Positions 49,860-62,779 of a stretch of 64,000 nt of DNA are shown here, in pieces (the first letter of the stretch is position 1; each line of letters starts with the position of its first letter). The stretch is taken from the NCBI RefSeq assembly GCF_009834535.1, contig NC_045697.1:91948001-92012000 (forward strand), given 5' to 3'. This DNA comes from Camelus ferus. Lineage: Eukaryota. Below the pieces are notes generated by a model. It saw only the letters and a program-made list of their open reading frames with translations. It had not been told where the DNA came from and did no database searches. A program made the position numbers and the translations under genes.

Positions 49860-51660
49860 AAAAATGATTTAGGAATTTTGCTTCCAATAGTAGTGAAATG
49901 GGTAATTTGGACCAACTATTCTAGTAAAAGTAATAATTCTGAAAAAATTTGTAAGGTATTGTAAAATCATTGAAATTGTGAGAAGATAGTGAAAAGCTCA
50001 ATAAATAAAATTAGCAACTTGGCAAGTATGATTAAATATAAGAGGAGGGAAAGAAGACAATATTGGAACACAAAAAAGGAAAATATAGACAAAAGAGCAG
50101 ATTTGAAATGTTAGAATAAACTATATAAACTTATACTAATACATTTGAAAACTTAGGAAAAAGGCAAAATTTGTAGGAACATATAAATTAACAAAATTTG
50201 ACAACCTAAATGGATTAATAACTAAGGAAGAATCATACATGGCCATTAAATACCAATCTTCCCACCCTTCCTTCTGGCAAATGTATCAGCTTCTTTGTGT
50301 CCTGATACTCCTACTATGTGGAACTTGCACGTGATCGTAACATGGCAGAATCAGCCTCACAGCTTCAAATCTAAGCTCAGATATCTTTAAATAAATAAAT
50401 ATCATCTGGCTATATTTTTCTAGTGATATACTATCCCTGTTGTCAGCTCTCTCTTCATTGAGTTGATGATTAATTTTCTTCACAATCTTTGACATTATCC
50501 GAAGGTATGTTAATTTTAAAATTTGTTTCTTTACTTGTATATCATGTCTTCTCTACTACAAATAATGCCACAAAAGCAAGGACTTCATCAATTTTTTCCA
50601 CTACTTTATCACTAGGACTTTTATCCCCAGAACACACTCTGGCACATTTAAGCATGTAATACATGCTTATTTATTGAATGAATTTCAATTAAAGTAGGAA
50701 ATAAAATGAGGAGAGTCTAGCCAATGAAATAACACAAGGAACAGTAACAGTAGATATAAACATTGGGAAAATCAGATGATATCATTATTTGCATATGTTA
50801 TTATTGTCAGCTAGGGAAAAAAACAAAAATAATAATCCACAGCTATAGAACCCAATACGAGGGTTTGTTAAGATGAAAACGTACAAAATCAACACACATA
50901 CGCAGAATTATTTTTTCTTATATAGTAACAAATTAGTTAGGAAATGCAATAGAAAACCATGGCATTCTCAATAGCAGCAAATACTCCAGAGCAACCAAGA
51001 GTAATAGTAACAAGAGACGTACAAAAATTTTAGAAAAATCTGAAGACCTTTATTGATAGCCATAAAATGTCCTAAATAAATGGAGAGATGTTCTATCGTT
51101 ACAGATAGAATGCTTCGTTATTTTAAAGACTCCTCACATTAATCTGTAGGGTCAATTCAATTCCAAAAATATCAGAACATTACTCCTCATGTTGAAAACT
51201 TGAAAACTGACTCCAAAATCACATTAATAATGTATCTGCAACAATAACCAAAATACCTGACATACTTAATTGTGGTCAGTAAGCATGCCCTACTAAAAAT
51301 CCAAATATTTTGTAAAATTACTTAATTGTAGTGTTTATTTATGCAGCAGTAGACAACTATGAGTCTAAAAATAACTCACCAAATATAAAGGAGATCCAGT
51401 ATATAATGAAGATAACCTTCTCAATGAATGAAGAAACACAGTTTAGTCTATAAATAGTATTGGGGCTACTATCCAGTATATAAAAAGCACTCATACTGGA
51501 AATTAAGGAAGTTATTAATAAAGAAATTATGAATAGCCCAACAGAAAATTGTAGAAAAGTATAACAAAATATATACAGGGATAATTATAAAGGGCAATAT
51601 ATGAAATTGAACACAATTTATGCAATAGTTAAGGAAATACGAGTTCAAGCAACAAGAAAA
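49860..51660 (+). mobile_element. Old L1 fragments with an intervening L2-like piece (~50270-50690)
   Basis: ATACATTTGAAAACTTAG, TATTTGCATATGTTATTATTGT and CCTAAATAAATGGAGAGATGTTCTAT are sense ORF2 landmarks; L2-like tail TGGCACATT...TATTGAATGAAT near 50680. Confidence 0.65.
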
Positions 51661-52504
51661 CATAATTCTTCTGCTTAATCTTCACTACTTGTCAGGTTTT
51701 CCTCTTGTTTTGTGGCTTGGACCTTCTAATTTTACCAAAGCTAAATATGCATTTCTGTTTCTAAATTCTCCTTATAGATTTGAGAAGATTTCTAAATTTG
51801 CAAGAGAAATTGCCAAATTTATTCCATCATTTTAAATTGAGAAGTCAACACATTGGTCTTGGTCTTTTCAATAGTTAAATGTTACTTAAGAATTCAGTTT
51901 TTAAAAGAAAAAAAAGCTGATTTATGGACTAAGAATTATGTTTAGGTAGACAATTGACTTAAGATTTAGTAATCTTAATTTGAAAGTAGGCTAGACTATA
52001 AATACAAAAGTTAATTATGATTTCATTCATGCAATTCCTAAAAGTTATTTCTCTAGAATTTTAAATAATTCTTTTAGGTCATATGAAATTATAATCTAGA
52101 ATAAGGAATGCATTTATAATAAAAAATTAGCTTAGTACTTCAATGTATAAAACCATTTTAGTGACAGTATAAAATTTACCTTTAGGGTTTATTAGTTATC
52201 AATCTTTCTACATTTTAACTTAGATCTTGTTTTTATACATTTAACAATATGGAACATCTAAAGTCTCAAAACATGCATGGAAAACCCTTTATAGGTGGTT
52301 CAAAATATTCACAGAAATTTTACTTTCCTTTTAGCAGTAACAAGTGAGCAAAACAAACTAATATAATTAAGGTTTCCGATAGTAATTGCCTTTGCCTCCA
52401 AATAAACCATCAAGTCCCAATAAATAATTAAAACAAGCAGTCTTTCTCAAAATGTAGTAGTTACGGAGCTGTGATAGACAAGTTCTAGGGGTTATTATTA
52501 GATT

Positions 52505-54240
52505 ATTTTTATTATTTATTTTGTTATATGCAAAAACCACGTAACACGAAGTCTACCCTCTTAAATTTTTAAACATACAGTACAATATTGTAAACTGTAC
52601 ACACATTAATGTACCGTAGGTCTCTAGAACTTTTTTCTATATTGCATGACTGAAACTCTAGACCAATTGAACAGCAACTCCTCATTTCCCCTACTCTTCA
52701 GCCTCTGGCAGTCACCATTCTATTTTAGGCTTCTAAGAGTTTAGTACTTGAGATATTTCATATAAGTGGAATCATGTGGTACTTCTAACTTCTGTGATTG
52801 ACTTATTAAACTTAGCATAATGCCCTCATATTCATCCATGTTGTCACATACAACAGGATTTCCTTTTTTTAAGGTTGACAAATATTTCATGGTATGTAAA
52901 CTATATTTTCTTTGTCCACTCATCCACCAGTGAACATTTAGGTGTTTCTACCTCTTTGCTATTGTGAACAAATGTTGCAATGAACATGAGAATGCACATA
53001 TCTCTTCAAGACCCTAATTTCAATTATCTTACATAAATGCCTAAAATTGGAATTGCTGGATTATATTATAATTCTATTTTTAATTTTTTGAGGAGCCTCC
53101 ATACTATTTTGCATAGTGGCTGCCCAGTTTTCCATTCCCACCAACAGTGTGCAGAGGTTCCAGTTTCTCCACATCCTCACCAACACTTGTTATTTCTTTT
53201 CATTTTTATATTTAATGGCCATTCTAACAGGTGGCATATAATGTCTCATTGTGGTTTTGATTTGCACTTTCCTAATGATTAATGACATTGAGTATCTTTT
53301 CATATACCCGTTGCCATTTAAATGTCTTCTTTGGAGAAATGTCTATTCAAGTCCTTTGCCCATTTTTAAATCAAGTTACTTGTTTTTCTCTTTGTTATTT
53401 TGCTAATGAGTTGTAGGAATTCCTTATACATTTGGATATTAACCACTAATCAGATGTATGGTTTGCAAATGTTTTCTCCCATTTATTAGTTACCTTTCAT
53501 TCTACTGATTGTTTCTTTTGCTGTGCAGAATATTTTTAGTTTGAAGTAGTCCCATTTGTCTATTTTTGTATCTGTTGCTTCTGCTTTTAGTGTCATAGCC
53601 AAGAAATCATTGTTGAGACAAATTTTATGAAGATTTTCCCCTCTGTTTTTTCTAGGAAGTTTTACAGTTTTAGATCTTACATGTAAGTCTTTAATCCATT
53701 TTGAGCTTATTTTTACGTATAGGGGCAGATAGGTGTCCCCATTCATCATTTTGTATGTGGATATCCAGTTACCCCAAAACTGTTTGTTTAAGAGACTCTT
53801 CTTTTCCCATTGTGTAGTTCTGTTACCCTTGTGAAAGATCATTTGATCCTAAATGTGTCAGCTTATTTCTGGGCTCTCTACTCTGTTCCATTGATCTATA
53901 TGTCTGTCTTTATACCAGTACCATACTGTTTTGATTACTATAGCTTTGAATATGTTTTGAAGTCAGAACGTCTGAGTCCTCCAGTTTTGTTCTTTTTCAA
54001 GATTGTTTTGACCATTTGGATTTTTGTGTGTGTGGTTCCATATGAATTTTAGAATTGTTTTCTCTATTTCTGAAAAAAAAAAAAAAAGCCATTGGGATTT
54101 TGATAGGGATTTCATTCAATCCCTGTAGATCACATTGGGTAGTATGGACATTTTAACAATGTTAAGTCTTCCAATTCATGAAATTGGGATGTCTTTCCAT
54201 TTGTTGTATATTATTTAACTTCTTTCAATATTTTGTAGTG
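52505..54240 (-). mobile_element. L1 (L1MA/MB-like) 3' UTR plus ORF2 3' portion
   Basis: ORF 53486-53842 (-) QWEKKSLLNKQFWGNWIS..KISSKWIKDL..KIDKWDYFKLKIFCTAKETI is L1 ORF2; broken by stops and frameshifts. Confidence 0.92.
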
Positions 54241-54244
54241 AACC

Positions 54245-56060
54245 ACGTTATGTTCATTCCACCAATTTTGCATTAGTAAGTGGAAATCAACCAGACATAT
54301 CCTATTCAACATAAATGATTATCCAGTGTAAATTTATCTAATTCATCTGCAGTTAATCTCCTTAATACATGTTAACTCACACATGTGTTCCTTTGGATTG
54401 GTGATAAACAATCACACTGTACCTTCATCTCTAGAAAGTTATTTGCAAAGTCCCTTGTAGGCATGGATATTCTCTCTCTCTTGCTTATGAGATTATCACT
54501 GTACATTCCATCCATTATAAGGGATCCTCATGCCCTTGAACCAAGTGGCAAACAATCAATAAGTCAACCAACCTACTGACCAAGGTTATTTATGGGCTTG
54601 GGTGATTCATTTTGAATATCAAAAGGTATTTGATTGCTACTAATAACATACCAAGAAAGACACTATTTGAAACACAGGTGATTCTCTAGGGTACTTTGTG
54701 TTACATTCATATCATACAAGTTAGGGAATATTATCATAACCCAAAAGCAGTTGAACCACTGAAGACTGATATCCTTCATGAGTACATATTTGATTCACCT
54801 TACAAGGTAGAGAATCCCAGTTAGCTGAGTTGTTGTTTCAAGACCAAGGGACCATAAAATGTGTAGAGAAAGATAAGTTTTAAATATCAGCTATGTTACC
54901 TATTACAGAGCTGCTGTTATCTGAGGCCGTTTTGCCTATTTTTACTTCTTGGTGTGTACATGTACATCTTCTTCCCTCTCTCCCTTTTTCTCATTTTATT
55001 TAATGATATTGTTCATGGTTACCTTTAAAATAACCTTTAGTTTTCAGAATATTTAGATGTGAGTGTGGCTGAATTTGAGGAGTAATGAACATTGCCAAAA
55101 GATGGGTACCATACCTATCATTCAGAAATGAATTCAATGGTTGTTAGGAGTTTTTGTCTCCTATTTTTAGACTGACCTTGGTTGTATGAAGTAGAGTTTC
55201 ATCTTATACAGTGAAAGTATTACTTTGTTGTAGTTATACTGAAGGTTAAATATATGAGGAAGAGTGTTTATAGATGCTGAGTAACTAAAAGAGTTAACTG
55301 TCTCAGTTATCAAACTATTGTTCCTTGGCTCCCAACCCTTTCTGTATTTTGCTGTGTGATGGTGGGCTTGGACTCTGCAAGCTACAGTTTGTCATTGCCA
55401 ACTGGCTTTTATTTGATTCTTCCAATGGGATAGAATAAGGAAGTTGAAAGACACGAAAGGAGAGAAGCAAGTTACTCCTTCCTATTTAAATGTTCCTGTC
55501 GGCATGCTCCAGCAATTAATTTTTACCAAAAACAGCAGAGATTATTTCCAGCAGTAGTTGCTTACAATTTCCGCCTTTTCTCACACTTGCCAGAGCCATC
55601 CACATCTTTCAACCTCTGAAGCTTCAACCCATAATCAGACTACCTTTTCCTCAGGGGGCTGCATCTCTACCTCCCAAATCCCCCCTCAAAACACCAGAGA
55701 TAACTACTGTCTTTGGACAGTACTTGCTTCTCAGAGATAAAGGTCTCAATTCTAAGGTCCTTCTTTTAAGCTTCTGAAGTAACACCAGAAACTTGATAAT
55801 GTCTTTCCTCAAAGGTCTGAGTCCAGTTCCATGAGACCCTTTCTCCAACCTTCTGCAAGCTTCTTAAGTTCAGACAATGTTAACTTTTTCTTTTAGTCTC
55901 TCAGCCCTAAGGAAAGTAGCTGCTTTCTGTACATATTACCTACATCTCACCTAGTATTTTTTGCTCTTTTGTTTCTCTTACTTGTACATACAACTACCTA
56001 GAACAAATGATTTCTGTTAAAAAAAAGTAGATTTTTTTCTTTCAATGGACACTGATTATT
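54245..56060 (+). mobile_element. ERVL-class internal remnants plus LTR (LTR40-like, ~55300-56060)
   Basis: ERVL-like 3' internal text ending GATGCTGAGTAACTAAAAGAGTTAAC, then TGTCTCAGTTATCAAACTATTG...GGCTCCCAACCC. Confidence 0.5.
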
Positions 56061-58293
56061 ATAATTAGTTACTGAGAAGAGTATGTTCAGTCTTTTACTA
56101 TGTTTGCAGATTTATTTGTCTTTCAATTCTGCAATTTTAATATTGGTCCAGTGTAATTTTGCACACATGCATTTAGACTTGTTTATATTTTTCTATTCTC
56201 TTACTTTCAAATTTTCTGTATCTTCACATATGAGGACTTTGAAAAATTTTTAATTTTTATTATTTTCTCTCATTTCAATTAGTATAGAGACAGGAAGGAG
56301 ATAAACATGGTTACCAGTCTTTGATCTTGGAATTAAATCCCAACTTAATTTTTTTAATACAGCTTCCCACCATGTAATTAAAGTAATAATTATGATTCTA
56401 TAGTTATTAGAAGAAAATTTAATTGCATTAAACATCAATTTATTTTGTAATTTATTGTTTTGTTACTTGGCAATTTATTGTGGGGAAAACACTGTAGTTA
56501 TGGATAAATAAACCTTTTAATGATTGATTCTTCCAATCAAAATTTCTGAAGTAATAGTATTTTTTATCTTGGAAATTGATTGTTTCTGTTTCAGGAATAA
56601 AGGAAGAATAAGCAATCTAGGGCCTAGGAATTGGATTATTCTCATAAAAGATTCTTTTATGAGCTTCGTAGATCAAGGATCCCATCTGTTATTTTATAAA
56701 CTGAATGGATAGAAAGATGAATGTTTAAAAACACTTTTTAACAATAAGAACTTAAGCTTAACATTACATTATAGTTCATTTTTATATTTCAGTGATTGTA
56801 TATTTCCTTTCTGAACTTAAATTACACATTAAACATTGGCAATGACATTCTGTTTTAAAAATAATAACCCATTTCTTTTCAAAGATAGAATATAAGTGCT
56901 TCTATCAGTTAGATAATTGGATTTTAGTTTCCACCTCTGGGCATGGGCAAGGATTTGACACTTTTTTTTTTTTTCCAATTTTGCGTAGAGAAGAGAGCAG
57001 CTCCATGAAAAGTGATAACAAAGATAATAGTGCAGTGCTGGTTGGGAGGAGGCATTTTCTTTTTCAGAAATCAATAGGAAAAGAGAGTGATCCTGTTTTT
57101 CACCTGAGGCAAATCACCATTACAGAGCAGAAGAGTGCTCCTCTGGCAGGGGCAGCAGAGACACGTACCCCCATCAGCTGCTATTCAAGGTTAGGAGCAA
57201 TACCTAACACTGTGGAGAGGCTAATTAAATTAATTCTCTGGGAAAGTGACAAGATGACTGAGTGCAATCTGAGGGCCCCAAAGCCTTTCCCTTTCCCCTC
57301 CACTTTCAGTATTGCTCCGTCTCCTCTTCAGCATCTCACTCACATACTTAATACCTGGTATGTGATTCCTGCTTCCTTTCTGTCTTCTTGTTTAAGCTGC
57401 AGTGTGAATATTTGGCTTGTACTATGACTGATGAGTGCAGCAGGAAAGAGATGTAATTGCTTTGACTATGCAGCAGTAAATGGATACTCCCTTTGGAAAC
57501 TCAACTTGCTTCATTTAGACCCAAACATGCCAGGCAGATGCAGATGATCAATTCACAGCATATGATACAAGTGAATATCTTTCTCTTTTATGTTCTGTTT
57601 TTAATGTAATAGCAAGCTAACATCTGTTGTTCTGAGCATCACAGATCTGTTCTTTTCTGTGTAAAGGTTTGCTGAGCATTGATATTTTACTAAGAATAGG
57701 ATGTGTATGACAATTAGACTACACCATATTTTTATGTCAAATTCAGATGGCTTTGGAAAGGTCACTGTTGTGTGTGTGTGACCTACTGAGCTGTATTATT
57801 ATGATATATGTAGTTACAAAGCTAAACTATTTAACTGCTAACGTTCCAGGAAATGGATAAAGGCAAAAGAAGAGAAAAAAGGTAACTAGTTTTTAAGGGA
57901 TAATTCTGTATTGTCAGTAACATCTCATACATTCTTTGAATCTGCTCTTTACAGAACATTTTTGCTCCAGATAAGACATGGTACTCAACACTCTATGAAT
58001 GAATACATGCTGTGAAATTATTTGGTGTATCTGTAAACCTTTTCTAGCCATCAAGATCGACCTATGAGTGGAAAGTCATAAGATTAGAATCTTTCTCTGA
58101 ACTGTAGTCGTAAGGTAGCAAGGTTCCTAAGTGCAGTAAATATTAGAATAGATATAATAGGAAAACTCAAAGAGTTTACAATTTTTTCACTTTAACATGA
58201 CTAATACTATTTTAAGGTTAAATGAGTTCATACATTTTGATAGTGGTACAAATAAGTCTACGTAAGTTACATTGGTTATTTTTCTGATGGAAA

Positions 58294-58391
58294 ACTTTGG
58301 TTGCAGGACTCGTCTTCATGCTGTGCTGGCATTAATATTGCTACTTTGGTTGCAGGACTCGTCTTCATGCTGTGCTGGCATTAATATTGCT
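58294..58391. repeat. Perfect tandem duplication, 2 x 49 bp
   Basis: ACTTTGGTTGCAGGACTCGTCTTCATGCTGTGCTGGCATTAATATTGCT at 58294-58342 and 58343-58391. Confidence 0.95.
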
Positions 58392-60972
58392 GGCTGCAAA
58401 AGGGACATGGTGAATCACTGTGACTTAGGCTTACATAGCATCACATTTAGAAAATCCAACTCAGTGTGCATGTTCTGCATATTCCATGTGCTATTATTTT
58501 TTTAAATCAAATAATAGAGAAAAAACAAGTACACCTGGATATAAAATAAGACAATAATAACAATAATTCTGTTATTCTGGGTTCTAATATTTTATCTCAA
58601 CTGAAAACTTTCAAATTTTGAAGCCCATTTAATACAGACATTATTTTTAAAGGTATAATAAATGATGTATCTTTCATTTGCAAGGAAAAAACTATTACTC
58701 AATAGGAATTTTTAAAAATGGGACCTCTCATTAGTTATAATGCCCAAAGCTGTGGCTTTGAGTATTATGTCCTGTTCTTAGTCCACTTTTCAACCCTACA
58801 GTTCAATAGCTGTTTGCTAAAAATTCTTTTTTAACTAATAGCATATGTGTAGGGTACACATATATGTACATACTCATATACTCAGGAGAATTGTAAATTA
58901 TAAACTTTATAAAGAATTTGGAGAATTAACCTAAACAAGAAAAAGTTAAAAGATTGACTATTTGTTTGATTTAATCAGCAAAATGAAGCAACTGTTATGT
59001 CATAGTGTAAAATAATAATAATAAAAAAGTCTAGAATATGGCACTGTATAACTGAGATTTAGAAAAAGCTATCAAGCATTCCTGTTGAGAATGATTAGAC
59101 CTATCAAGATATAAAAGAGCAGCTGGGGACATTTGAAGTGGCGATTTATATTTTGTGCAACCCTAGCCAGAGACGTGAGCAGCAGCATGAAATAGTAAAA
59201 AGATGTTTAAACCAAGCCAGGATGCTCAAAAAGCTATCAAAAAGACATATTAGTACAAAATGGGTATCTTAATACTATTAAAGATAACAGCTGTTTGAGA
59301 TATTTACAATTTCAGTTAATAGTTATTCAAAAAATGAGAAATAGCACTTAATATTTAGATTACTTTTATTTAAATTAATTTGGAAATACGTAATTAGTGC
59401 ATATTACACTGATTTATGTTTTGAAGATGATCCACAGTTGAAAATAGAAATTATAGCATTGTGTAACTTAATGTTTATTTAGTTGACAAGTGCTCTGTTT
59501 TAGCAGATCATCTTCATATGGGATAAATAACACCCAGTGTGCATCAAGGGAAAGGGAGGTGGGAGCAAGGGAATCCTTAGTTTTAAAAGTATTTACCTAT
59601 GGGGAGTGGTAGAAATTAATGCCCACTGTGGTAATTCAGTTTGAAGAATACATAAATACTTTATCTCTATGTATTCTTCTCAAATGCAAAACCAAATTTA
59701 TGAACATACCAGAAAGAATACTTTACATTAGGGTACTCAAACTCTATTCTGTTTGCCCTATATTCAAATGTTTCATATATTAAGTACCCAAGTTGCTGTC
59801 TAGAACTTATAGGGTCATTTAATAAGTATTTCCATAGTTGCTTTGAAATGTGCAATTCTTTTTTCTTCAATGTGAGCTAAATATTGTGTATGAATAATTA
59901 TGTTAGCTCTAATTCTGCTTTAACAAATGATAATCTTAAAAAAATAGGTAATTGAAAACTTTCAAAACATCAAATTATTATGTACAATTAATATCTGATT
60001 TGCTAAAACTTCAGCTATGGTGTATTCGAAACAACCTTTTATACTCCTGATTTCAAAGTGGATCATACTTGGAATCATTTCTTCCATTACTCTGCTTATT
60101 GATATTCCTGCAGAATAACTGTGTAGGCATCTAATTATTTTATCAACTATGAAGTAGAAGATAGAAATAAATTGAAATAACTTTTTAATCTTAAAGATTC
60201 TGTTTTTTTCGATTAATTGTTGTCTGCACTAGAATGTGAAAGCATCCTAGTCTGTATCACTCTGTAGTTCAGAGATTTTTAACCTGCTCTCCATCATGAC
60301 ATAGAATATATCTGACTGATGAATTTGTAAACTGGGGTTGAGGGCAGCTCTCCAGGGCAGAACCTGTATCATCAGTCCCTTTTTTTCCCATTAAAGAAAG
60401 CAAATTGAATGCAACCAAGGAAGGGTGATGTATAAGAGTAACCTTGAGCCATGCTAAAACAACGTTTGATAGTAAATTATCTCACACTTTTTGGCAGTTT
60501 TAGTATTTTTAGGGACAGATTATTTATGGCATACCATTGCATTATGACACTGGATGAGAAGATCTGATAAAATTGTCTGTGGATTTTCCTTTGACATTCC
60601 TATGTCACTTTTGATTCTTGGTTGCTGTAGTTAGATGGTGGTATACCTTCTAATTTAAAATAATGGTCATACACACATTTGAAATGGCCTGGCCAGCCAG
60701 AATATGCTGCTGTCAGAATACTTCCTCTGAAAGATTCCTTTTTATTGTCCACTTAGGTAACATTTAAATCACTGTTGCTTTTCTGAAGGTTGCCCAAGAT
60801 TCCTTCAAAAGTGAACATGGGTCTCAAAGATCTATTATTAACAGAAAGAATTTAAATAGTACCAAATGTATAGAGTAACTGCAATTGAGTTGAATAAATT
60901 CTAAGAATTCCTGACCTTGGAAGAGTCATAGTCTATTGTAAGTAAACATAATAAAAGGTATGACACAAAGTG

Positions 60973-61414
60973 TGTCCTGGAGGAGGTCATCAAGAACACA
61001 TCATGGCTGGTTGACCCTCCAGCTGGACCCAGGCAATTGGAGGGCCCTCACACCCTCCCCTGTCCTTGAAATGTAAGCTCTACCTACTGTTCCCACAGTG
61101 GAAACTTCCAAGGACATAGCCTTGAAGGAGTAAGATGTTGTTGAGACCATCTGTACTGCATATGTGACTGAACCCAGTTAAGGCCTCTAGATAAAGTTAA
61201 GATTCCGGTGGGCAGCTGTGAAGATCTACTCATCATGTGACCATCCAAGACAAGCCTCATGTGACCATCCAAGACCATCCTTGCTTATTAAACCTGACAC
61301 CAGACACCCATCAATCTAGAGTAGTCTGCCTCTTTCACTAGTCCCTCCTTACCCTCTATATGTGGGGCCAGTTTCAGAGTTCACCTGGGGAACTCCTGAA
61401 GTTGTGAACCAACA
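60973..61414 (+). mobile_element. Endogenous retrovirus solo LTR (family uncertain)
   Basis: ~440-bp GC-richer block from TG... to ...CCAACA, with ATTAAA at 61287-61292. Confidence 0.65.
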
Positions 61415-61759
61415 TTGTGCTTCAGGAGTGCAAGTAATTTTTATATTTAATAACTATTTTTCTGTTGTGTAAAATTTTCTACAAGATTTGAATTCTAAAA
61501 ATTGATAAGCGAATACTATTTTTCTTCATAAAAATAACACCTCACCCTCAAGTTTACCATCAGAAAGGACAGCTCCATTTTTTCAGAACCTTGAGATTGG
61601 CTTTCTCATTGGGGTTCTTCCTGTAATTATGTCTTTCTATATTATAGAGCTAGCATTAGAGCTGATGGGTAAGAAAAATGAAAGTGAGAATGAGAGGGTG
61701 TATAGGCCAGTCACTCTTCCTTTATTTATATTAGCATTAATGAAGATGAGGATGATAAT

Positions 61760-61990
61760 AACATTGAAGGAATTAACTTATATTCATTGGTTGCTTACTG
61801 TGGGTCAAATGCTCTAAAGACATGATTTCTTTTTATCCTTATAACAACCCAATAGGTTGGGCATTCTCATTTCCATTTTACAGATGAGAAAATAGAGATT
61901 TAGAGAGTTTGCTTAATTTTCCCAGCATCACAGAGATAAATATGAATTACCAAACCAAGATTAAACTCTAATACTTCAATTTAAAACCAA
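61760..61990 (-). mobile_element. MIR SINE
   Basis: TTATCCTTATAACAACCC..TAGG...CCATTTTACAGATGAGAAAATAGAGATTTAGAGAG. Confidence 0.8.
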
Positions 61991-62084
61991 AAAGTATAAT
62001 GATGTATATGTAATATACATTAAGAAACAAAACAAAGGCTAGATGTATTTTTGAAAGGGAAATAAATCCATGTGTTAATGTTAC

Positions 62085-62335
62085 AGATCTACCTTTACCA
62101 AATTGTATAACAGAGAATATTAACAGGTATTTTGTAAAATATCTCAGTGAAAAAGAGTTCTATGTTTCAATAAGATTGGGGAACATTAGCTTGAATAAAT
62201 TTATACTAGTTTATTGCTTGATTTTTCAGAACATTTACTATGTGTATCTCCAAGAGGAGACTATATTATGTAGCATTTCCTGGACTTTTTGTGAATTTAA
62301 CTTTTTCCGTTGAGCAACTTGCTTTGGGAACTAAT
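62085..62335. mobile_element. hAT-Charlie-type MITE (MER103-like)
   Basis: GTTCTATGTTTCAATAAGATTGGGGAACATT...TGTAGCATTTCC...CTTTGGGAAC. Confidence 0.45.
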
Positions 62336-62779
62336 CTAAGTAAAATCTGATTTACAGGGTAAATTTGTCATTTTATATTTTCAGAATGATTTTAACCATC
62401 CTAATAGTTCTCTAGCAGTAGACCATTTTTGTTTCAATTTGTGTTTCCTAATGGTGAATGGTGTTGAGCATGCTGTTCACCATCTACTTGTGCTCCTTGG
62501 TGTCGTATTTGTTTGGGTATTTAGTTCTTTTTTTTTTTTTTTTTTGGCAACTGGCAATTAATTGACTAACACATTTTAACCATTTCTGTTTGTTGTTCTA
62601 TAAACAGTCAAGGAATGGAAATTCTTCCATTATCTTCCCTTTGCTTTTTAATCTCCCCTATTCCTTAACACATTCCAAAGTGTGGATATTGATCATGTAA
62701 GTGGCAATTATTGTTTTTTCTTCCTAATAAAAGAAGAATAGCAATTTGTAGTATTTAAAAATGCACCATGTTTGCTCAT

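Noticed and set aside
53486..53842. 118-aa L1 ORF2-like ORF
   Set aside because: Part of a disrupted old L1
56981..57427. Longest ORF in the track (148 aa)
   Set aside because: TTG start, no recognisable domain or splice context; compatible with chance
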